From the IMG/VR virus record IMGVR_UViG_3300005095_000031: a stretch of 64,000 nucleotides of DNA; one strand, written 5' to 3'. The notes beneath the pieces are model-generated. The model made no database searches and was not told the DNA's origin. It saw only the letters and a list, made by a program, of their open reading frames with translations. Numbering within the stretch: position 1 is the stretch's first letter; every line of letters starts with the position of its first letter. This DNA is from an uncultured virus (IMG/VR IMGVR_UViG_3300005095_000031) (taxonomy: Duplodnaviria; Heunggongvirae; Uroviricota; Caudoviricetes). The position numbers were made by a program, and so were the translations under genes. Positions 57,160 to 64,000 of this stretch are shown here, one piece after another.

Positions 57160-57787
57160 ATCTAGGCGACAGAACGCCTTGGAATGTTTTTACTATTTTA
57201 GGAATATCGTCTTCGATCATGGCATGGAGCTTCTTGCTCGTCCTGAATGCCTCATCGAAGTACCACTCCACCATCACGTTCCCGAAGTCCGCCTTCTGCT
57301 TCTTGAACTCTTGCCATACCTCGAACTGTTCGGGGCTATTTGCTTCCCAGTAGTCCGTAGCAACGCCAACATCATAGCTTGCGTTCATTGCGTTCACGGC
57401 ACGCTTTACTGCTGAGTCCGTTCTATAGAACACATGATGAGGGTAGTTTGCATAGACGATATTTCCATTTACATGGTTAAGATGTCCATACCCCCACTTT
57501 TTTGCTTTCCTTGTTTTGTCTGCCGGATATCCGAACATTCGAAGATGGGCCACAAACTCATCCCCAAGTTTCTTCGCCAGATCGAAATACTGCAGAAAGA
57601 GTCTACCGTCATGCTTTACAGCATCTTCGGTAATGCCCTTCTCTCTCATAACATCGAACGTGTCGATAACGTCTCCGTACCCTACAGGGTTTGCCTCAAG
57701 ATATCCTTTTGCCCAATCGAAAAGAGAAATCTCTTCCTCGCCACTTTTGTCATCAAAGATGACCGATCTTTCTGAGACTACTCTCAT
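57134..57787 (-). CDS. Hypothetical protein
   Basis: 217 aa, AAGGA RBS. Confidence 0.65.
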   Translation of the reverse strand: MRVVSERSVIFDDKSGEEEISLFDWAKGYLEANPVGYGDVIDTFDVMREKGITEDAVKHDGRLFLQYFDLAKKLGDEFVAHLRMFGYPADKTRKAKKWGYGHLNHVNGNIVYANYPHHVFYRTDSAVKRAVNAMNASYDVGVATDYWEANSPEQFEVWQEFKKQKADFGNVMVEWYFDEAFRTSKKLHAMIEDDIPKIVKTFQGVLSPRYGMYHEDQ

Positions 57788-57807
57788 GTTTCTTTCCTTT
57801 CAGCAGC

Positions 57808-58137
57808 CTACGCCGCCATCACTTTTCTCCTGAAGGCACGAATAACGCAATCCTCATTCTCCTTGATCCTCTTGATGATCTTCTTGAAGAACTTGGATAT
57901 CTTTTGATTTTCGTGCCACCTCACAACCCTACCATTCACGATTGCAACCCTTTCTCCCAGATCAATCTCTACGCAATCGAATCTGCTTCTGAGCATATCG
58001 GCAAAGTCTCCGTAGTCAACCTCGGCAACAACGCCATAGTCATCAACAAGCTCTACTGAGTATCCTCCTACAAACTCGATAGCGTACTTAGGGCTTCCGC
58101 AGACAACATCTGCAAATACCATCTCTACAGAGTTCAC
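57808..58137 (-). CDS. Hypothetical protein
   Basis: 109 aa, GTGA overlap with the ligase gene. Confidence 0.6.
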   Translation of the reverse strand: MNSVEMVFADVVCGSPKYAIEFVGGYSVELVDDYGVVAEVDYGDFADMLRSRFDCVEIDLGERVAIVNGRVVRWHENQKISKFFKKIIKRIKENEDCVIRAFRRKVMAA

Positions 58138-58802
58138 TTGAAGTCCTTGTATTTGATTTTTGTGATAATCCTATTCCCCATCCTGTCGAGGAGTCCGCCA
58201 GCAGGAGTTCCAACGATTCCTTCTGCCTTGAAGTCTCCAAAAGCCGAAATCATCTCGTCTCCGGCTTCAGATTCAAGGCGGATGGCATCAACCGCATCGC
58301 TCAGAGACATGCGCTTCACGACCGGAACACACCTCATGTTGAGCTTTTTTGCGATTTGCTCTACGCTTTCGTGCTTCAGCCATACGCCGTTGACGATGGC
58401 ATCAAACAGAATCACCTCATAGTCATCGAAACCATGCTTTCCTTTCTGAATCTTCTCTCCAACGCCTTCTCCGTACAGAACAACGGATTCGGCTTTTTCA
58501 AACATATCCAGAAGGGTGTCGATGTTTTCGTACTCCCAGTTGTTGTACCAGTCTTGAAGAGGCTTCGGAATCTCAGCATTGTCGCTCTTGCCCTTGAAAT
58601 CAACCTCCCAGGTATCAGGATTAACGATAATCCTAACGTTCATACCGTCAACTTTTTCCTTCCACTCCCACTCCACATCAGCAAGAGCCTTGAAGTTGGG
58701 ATCGGCCCATTTTCCGACGATAAAATCGCCCTTCTTGTGTTCTCCGTCACTCTTTTCGTAACGCTTGAACACGCCATTGATTTTGTGATATTTCATATAC
58801 AC
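58134..58802 (-). CDS. ATP-dependent RNA ligase (Rnl2-like nucleotidyltransferase)
   Basis: YHKI, KEKVDGMN (KxDG motif I), LYGEG.G..IQ, LFD, AEGIV, TKIK. Confidence 0.85.
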   Translation of the reverse strand: MYMKYHKINGVFKRYEKSDGEHKKGDFIVGKWADPNFKALADVEWEWKEKVDGMNVRIIVNPDTWEVDFKGKSDNAEIPKPLQDWYNNWEYENIDTLLDMFEKAESVVLYGEGVGEKIQKGKHGFDDYEVILFDAIVNGVWLKHESVEQIAKKLNMRCVPVVKRMSLSDAVDAIRLESEAGDEMISAFGDFKAEGIVGTPAGGLLDRMGNRIITKIKYKDFK

Positions 58803-58978
58803 TCCTTTTGTCCTATACAGGACTTAATTTTTGCGCTAGGCTCGCTATACCCCGCAAAATACCGCCAGTGAACGCAAAGATTTATTGCACAAAAACAAAC
58901 ACCGTATACAGTTGATATATCCAATGTTGTTTCTATGAAAAAACCTTTATCTAGATAGGGGCAAAACCGCACTTTAGG

Positions 58979-59473
58979 CTATACAGCCTTATTTATTTTC
59001 CTTGATATTACCCCATTTGATTTTGAAACAAGTCCGCTGTTGCCATAGGACGAGTTTTCCTGCAGCCACCTGATGCACTCTTCTTCGATGTTATACATAC
59101 TTACTCCTGTAAGTTTCCTTTTTATCCTTTTGAATATGCAAGTTCTTATACTCAGGCTAGATACCACAAACCCAAACCCAATAGCGAGTATTGCTGCATA
59201 CAATATCATATCATCAGATATTGCTATTGAGTTTCTTTTGCAATAATTCCTTGCTTTACGGATCAGGAAATTCTTAGAGCTTGAATAATCGATAGAGATA
59301 CCTTCTTCTTCGAAGACTCTCTTTACTTCCTCTAGTGGGCACATTAAGGCCTCCTCCTTACCTAGGTTCGCACTTGTACACCTGATGCGACTGTCCATAC
59401 TTGATAGGCATAAGAATGTAGTCATTGTAGTAAAGCAAGACCTTGTCGTTGTTGCGAACGCAATCCACGACAT
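58979..59473 (-). CDS. Membrane protein (likely start MCPL near 59344)
   Basis: AGGAGG RBS before the internal Met; one TM helix. Confidence 0.5.
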   Translation of the reverse strand: MSWIAFATTTRSCFTTMTTFLCLSSMDSRIRCTSANLGKEEALMCPLEEVKRVFEEEGISIDYSSSKNFLIRKARNYCKRNSIAISDDMILYAAILAIGFGFVVSSLSIRTCIFKRIKRKLTGVSMYNIEEECIRWLQENSSYGNSGLVSKSNGVISRKINKAV

Positions 59474-59711
59474 CCTTGCTTGTTGCAGTAAACTTCCATT
59501 TCTCTACTCCACCTTCAGGAGCAATCCCCACAGGGAACCACCCTTCCCATGTTTTCCAGATGATACCTTTATTCGATATCTTCACGTTCTTTGCGTGAAT
59601 CGTTCCTTCACTGAGTTTGTATATAGGCCCAGGACCAAAAAGCATCCAGCCCCAAAGAATAATATTTCCCAAAACAAACCCAATGATTACGGGAATAGCG
59701 TTTTTAGTCAT
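59358..59711 (-). CDS. Membrane-anchored phage protein
   Basis: N-terminal TM; SEG.....KISNKGIIWKTWEG motif familiar from phage membrane proteins. Confidence 0.7.
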   Translation of the reverse strand: MTKNAIPVIIGFVLGNIILWGWMLFGPGPIYKLSEGTIHAKNVKISNKGIIWKTWEGWFPVGIAPEGGVEKWKFTATSKDVVDCVRNNDKVLLYYNDYILMPIKYGQSHQVYKCEPR

Positions 59712-60117
59712 TGAATTCCTCCTCGTTGACTTCTTTAGGCATCAAGATACCTTTATTTTTGAAGACAAACCTCAACGGTTCACGTTCGCCATCGGAATTG
59801 AAAACATCAGGATATACAGGAAGCAAGACCTCATTGTAGTACTCTGACCACTTGTCAGAAATCTCTGACCAGTACTCGATTCCTTCATCTGAAGCAGACC
59901 AAGAAGACATCGCAATGATAAACTGATCCTTGAATTTGATTACGACATCTGAAGTGTCATCTGCTCCAATATCCACGAGGGTCCTGGAAAACATCTCTGC
60001 AAATCTTCTTGGATCAATATTCTCTTTTTTCACGAATGACTCGATATGCTTTCTCAGTTCTTCCCTATAGTCCTTCTCTCCAGCTCTTGTGTAGAGCTTT
60101 GCATACGGCTCAACCAT
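59704..60117 (-). CDS. WxxxxxGxx(F/Y)W paralog family, distal member
   Basis: SSWSASDEGIEYWSEISDKW. Confidence 0.7.
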   Translation of the reverse strand: MVEPYAKLYTRAGEKDYREELRKHIESFVKKENIDPRRFAEMFSRTLVDIGADDTSDVVIKFKDQFIIAMSSWSASDEGIEYWSEISDKWSEYYNEVLLPVYPDVFNSDGEREPLRFVFKNKGILMPKEVNEEEFND

Positions 60118-60553
60118 GAATCACCACCTGCGCTTCCCTTTCTCCAAACTCTTCATAAAGAGAGTCAACATTGTCCATTTCTTCAAGGACCTTCCTATAG
60201 TCATCGATGTCTCTCTGGATGACTGTTTTTCCAGTGACGGTCTTCTTCAGTACGCCTTCGAGATGATCGATCCGTGCCTGCACAATCTTTCTCATCCAGG
60301 CGGTGAAAGGCTTGTCAACCCACTGATTTTCACATGCATGGACATCGATAACGTCGAGTTCGCCCTTTTGATCCATCTCTTCGGACTCGATAACATACCT
60401 AACGTCGTCGGGCGACAACGGAAGAAACTCGTTCGTATCAACGATAAATGTCCCATTGTCATTGACTTCGATGACGGTGTGCTTTTCTCCGAATCCAGAT
60501 CCGATAAGGTTGTCTGCGTAGGAATGAAGTACTACCATGTCTCCTGGTTTCAT
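60110..60553 (-). CDS. Hypothetical protein
   Basis: AAGGAG RBS, first gene after the promoter motif. Confidence 0.65.
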   Translation of the reverse strand: MKPGDMVVLHSYADNLIGSGFGEKHTVIEVNDNGTFIVDTNEFLPLSPDDVRYVIESEEMDQKGELDVIDVHACENQWVDKPFTAWMRKIVQARIDHLEGVLKKTVTGKTVIQRDIDDYRKVLEEMDNVDSLYEEFGEREAQVVIHG

Positions 60554-60689
60554 AAAAATCTCCTTTTGGGGTTCAGTCCCAATTTTTCTTCAAAGTAATA
60601 GTAGATCTACATCCACTATAAGGCCTCTAAACCGACTATGCGTTCTATAGCTACGCACAGATACCGTGACAGAAATCACCTGTCAAATA

Positions 60690-60698
60690 TATATACCA
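60690..60698 (-). promoter_or_regulatory. TGGTATATA promoter motif
   Basis: Exact motif. Confidence 0.65.
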
Positions 60699-60717
60699 GA
60701 AGGATTTTATAAAGTTT

Positions 60718-60870
60718 GGAGGAAAGCAGGCAGCCGCACTCGGCAGCTGCCAACGGATCGGAGGAGAGTTTTAATGCGTACCACGACAAAGCGAATTTAT
60801 CTAACTACGGACATTCGTCCAAAGCTGGGGATGTGGCGTGCATCCTGGATAAGTACTTACCCAGGTGCAT
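60718..60870 (-). ncRNA. Candidate small structured RNA
   Basis: TGATATAAT at 60875-60883, then three hairpins ending GGCAGCTGC-CGAGT-GCGGCTGCC. Confidence 0.55.
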
Positions 60871-60903
60871 TGTTATTATATCAAAGAAATATAAAAATAC
60901 AAA

Positions 60904-62268
60904 TTACGGCTCCTGCCCGTATTCAACCATCCACTCTGTATAGAATGCTGCATCAAATATTTCAGGCAATGCGCTATTTAGAAGTGGAGTGGGATCAAAT
61001 TCATATCCATCTTCGTTTGCATGAAGCGCTACTTGCGCCTTGTGGTATCCATTAATTGCTCTCAAGATATTTGTTACTGCCCCAAATGCATTTATAGAAG
61101 AGCCGCCAGTCATATCTCTAACATTTCCAATTGCAACCATTGCCTTATATGCAGTCATTCCTAGCGTAGAGTTTGTTAATTCATTCTTAATCCACTCAAC
61201 TAATTCTGGAGCATTCCATATACCATCATCACTAAGACTTAAAGATGCAGCTAGAACTCCTATAGCATTGAATCCCTCAGTATCTCCATCAACTACACTG
61301 ATTGTATATGGTGAAAACTTTTCATTAAGTTTTGTTAAAATTTCTGGCCTACTTGAAGATTTAAATTTATTCGCATAATAGAACATAGGGTTATATCCCA
61401 TGTCTTTCTCGTGAGATATCTCTCCTTGGTATATTCCCAAATCAAATGTTACTGACGTAGAAGAAAGGCCGTCTGCCTTAGTTACAGCTGCAGCGTTTGC
61501 TGAAATACCAATTGATGAACCGTCAACAAGACCGATAAGATCATCTATTACTCTCTCTATGGTGTCATTCGCTGACAGGATGACAAATTTGGAGATTTCA
61601 TTAGTAAGAATACCGTCTGAAGATACAGTATTGTTTGGACCAAGAATTTCATTGTATTTAGTAAGATTTACTTTTGTCCTTATAGTTTCAAATACTGTCC
61701 TTCTATCTACATCGCCATTAGAATCAGAATATCTCTTAAGAGAATACAGAAATGATCCAAGGTATGCCGGAGCATCAGGTCCGACTTGCGCCTTGAATGT
61801 ATCCTCCCCAAATTCAGAAAGGGCTTTTACAAGCTTATACTCGACCATCATATGAGCTGGTGTAGCTGTAGATGATCCTGCGCTCTGGACTACACACCCA
61901 CGCACGTAATCCATGAAGTCGTCTCCTACTGCAACCCCGACATCTGAAAAGCAAAATTCACTATCGTTTCTACCGTCATATACCATCATCTCTGCGATGG
62001 AATATCCGGTTGAAGATTTAACCTCGTAGTTTTTAACACCATCTTTTTCTATGTTGCCGATAAACCCTACCATTTCCTTTACGGACTCTGTAGCAGTTCC
62101 TTTTCTAAGCATATCTCTATATACTGCTGCTACATATCCGAATTTGGTAAAGTCTGCAGTACTGGAATCAGTTCCATACAGGTCTTCTTCTGTACCTGGA
62201 CCATCAAGGTATGCCTGAATAATTTCCGGGCGAATCTTGTCAGTAATAAAATTTACAAAATCAGTCAT
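60904..62268 (-). CDS. Hypothetical structural protein
   Basis: 454 aa, AAGGAG RBS. Confidence 0.7.
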   Translation of the reverse strand: MTDFVNFITDKIRPEIIQAYLDGPGTEEDLYGTDSSTADFTKFGYVAAVYRDMLRKGTATESVKEMVGFIGNIEKDGVKNYEVKSSTGYSIAEMMVYDGRNDSEFCFSDVGVAVGDDFMDYVRGCVVQSAGSSTATPAHMMVEYKLVKALSEFGEDTFKAQVGPDAPAYLGSFLYSLKRYSDSNGDVDRRTVFETIRTKVNLTKYNEILGPNNTVSSDGILTNEISKFVILSANDTIERVIDDLIGLVDGSSIGISANAAAVTKADGLSSTSVTFDLGIYQGEISHEKDMGYNPMFYYANKFKSSSRPEILTKLNEKFSPYTISVVDGDTEGFNAIGVLAASLSLSDDGIWNAPELVEWIKNELTNSTLGMTAYKAMVAIGNVRDMTGGSSINAFGAVTNILRAINGYHKAQVALHANEDGYEFDPTPLLNSALPEIFDAAFYTEWMVEYGQEP

Positions 62269-62284
62269 AAAAAAATCTCCTTAT

Positions 62285-64000
62285 TTATATAATATCCCAC
62301 TGGTATTTAACGTCTCTATTCTGAGATAGCGGTGCCTTCATGTCCTTCAGTAAGAATGTAATACTTTTCTTGTTTATAATCATACCCCAGTTTCCTTGAC
62401 CGAGTGTTGAATCACCGCTAAATTTATCAGTCGCACTAAAAGTAACTACAGGGATAGGACCAAGTCCGCTTGAAATAATATGGCTACCAGTCACCATCTC
62501 TGTGGCCTCTGATCCTCCATATGTTTGAACTATTGGCCAAAATGGATCTGTACCAGAATGCTTTAGTGCAAATAGAGCACCTGGCGTTCCAATACTATGC
62601 ACAACAACCTTGCCCTGCTTTGCAAGCTCATCAACAGAGTCTCCGTCCCTCGCAATCACAACATCTTGCGCACCGAGGAATTGTCCTGTGCCGCCTTCTA
62701 CATACTGAGCTTTGGATACAGCCTTAACGATATCTACATCAAATACGCTAGTGTCGCCATCCCTTGAATAATCAGTAATGCCGACAAAGCTTGAGTCTGG
62801 ACCTATATATATCACTTCTGTTGAACATTCAGGAATGTTGTCTTTTGTTTTCTTTTGGGCAAGAATATCCCCATTGGAATCTTGGCATCCGTCTATAGCC
62901 CCAAGAACAGCACAGATATTAAGTATTCCTGTCTCAAGAACGCCTTCTTCTGTCAACTTAGAAATTCCGGCACGCAAAGATAAAGTTGCTGCGCCAGGAA
63001 CCTCTCCATACTCCTGCTTTCCTGTATCAGGATCAATAGAATACAAGTCTGATATATTTCCAAATTCACTTGGAGAGATTCCACTTTTTACAGATGGGTT
63101 TCCAGTACATCCAACCTTTCCTATTTCTCCATCAAAGCTAAGAACAACACCTTTCCTTTCAACAATATCCACTTCTCCTGGAAGGACGGGAGCTGGTGTA
63201 GAGAATCCAACAACTTGTCCTTGAGCAGGCGTATCGTTTTTAGCGCATGGTCCATAGAATGTAAACATAAATTGTGCACTTATTGGCTGTCCGGTTGATC
63301 TGGCATGATATCTAGCTATTCCACTATCATCTGTAGTAACAACTATCTTGCCATCCATATTTGGAGATCCGCTATCTTCATCAAAATACCATTCTCCACT
63401 AACTTTATCAGGAGAATATCTTGCTGAGCTATACTCCTCTAGATACTCTATCAGGTATTCAACGCCAGGTTTTGGAGGAGTAAGTATGACTTTTCCTTCT
63501 TGTGGCTGCATATCCTGATCCAGTGGCGGAGGAGGAACAAGGATTGCAACACATGGAATATCTACCTCAGTTTTCAGTATTCCTATCTGCAATTCTTTCA
63601 ATGTGTCGCTAGACCCAGCGAACTCACATCCTCCAGTATCAATGGAGACCTTGAAGTATTCTATATCACTGTTTTCATCATTATTCTGCAAAGTTGGTAT
63701 CTTTATTGTAAGCAAAGATTCAGAATTGACATATATTGCTTCTCCAAAAGAAAACTGAATCTCTTCGCCGTTTATTACTACCGTACTATCAATATCATTG
63801 TCATCTGTAGGGGTTTCTGTAGAGACATCATGATCTATCATAATTGATACTTGCTTGCTATCATCTGTTGTAAAACTAACAGATACATCAGCATCCTCAC
63901 CACGCTCCACGATTGGAACGTAGTTTACTGTTGCCATACAATCAGATGTCTTGTCAATTATTATTGATGACAGTGTAGCGCTACCATCTCCGCTACCATT
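62285..64000 (-). CDS. Large Ig/Calx-beta-like virion protein, partial (start beyond right edge)
   Basis: Frame stays open upstream of the 63937 Met to the window end; IPTLQNNDENSDIEYFKVSI is Calx-beta-like. Confidence 0.65.
   Translation of the reverse strand, partial: NGSGDGSATLSSIIIDKTSDCMATVNYVPIVERGEDADVSVSFTTDDSKQVSIMIDHDVSTETPTDDNDIDSTVVINGEEIQFSFGEAIYVNSESLLTIKIPTLQNNDENSDIEYFKVSIDTGGCEFAGSSDTLKELQIGILKTEVDIPCVAILVPPPPLDQDMQPQEGKVILTPPKPGVEYLIEYLEEYSSARYSPDKVSGEWYFDEDSGSPNMDGKIVVTTDDSGIARYHARSTGQPISAQFMFTFYGPCAKNDTPAQGQVVGFSTPAPVLPGEVDIVERKGVVLSFDGEIGKVGCTGNPSVKSGISPSEFGNISDLYSIDPDTGKQEYGEVPGAATLSLRAGISKLTEEGVLETGILNICAVLGAIDGCQDSNGDILAQKKTKDNIPECSTEVIYIGPDSSFVGITDYSRDGDTSVFDVDIVKAVSKAQYVEGGTGQFLGAQDVVIARDGDSVDELAKQGKVVVHSIGTPGALFALKHSGTDPFWPIVQTYGGSEATEMVTGSHIISSGLGPIPVVTFSATDKFSGDSTLGQGNWGMIINKKSITFLLKDMKAPLSQNRDVKYQWDII

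Noticed and set aside
60666..61055. Plus-strand ORFs over the candidate small RNA
   Set aside because: No convincing RBS or motif; overlap a real gene and structured non-coding sequence
1..64000. CRISPR array, rRNA or complete tRNA genes
   Set aside because: No regularly spaced repeats or full cloverleaf found by eye; a tRNAscan run would be needed to exclude tRNAs formally

Overview
A 64-kb segment of a large, AT-rich lytic (probably jumbo) phage genome; the short-roof-loop GroES and extended -10 promoters suggest a Campylobacterota host. Positions 1-24.3 kb (minus strand) hold a virion/tail-appendage module of paralogous LamG/discoidin/CUB-like proteins, a lysis cassette (M15 endolysin, spanin-like and holin-like genes) and an HNH-ferritin fusion. 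Positions 24.4-60.7 kb are an accessory region of short genes in operons that start at a TGGTATATA motif and end at T-tract-AG motifs. It contains GroES, an RNA ligase, a HAD protein, a 3D-domain protein, an SspB-like protein, a roughly 13-member paralog array and two candidate structured small RNAs. Structural genes resume from 60.9 kb. The best candidate novel system is a four-gene operon at 29.57-33.22 kb: a polyubiquitin-like tandem 42-aa peptide precursor whose units end in GKAASG, a cysteine-free ThiF/E1-like enzyme, an E2-like protein and a JAB/JAMM protease. Together these look like a phage-encoded protein-conjugation system using a short tag that is not a beta-grasp fold. All calls come from motif recognition by eye; no searches were run.
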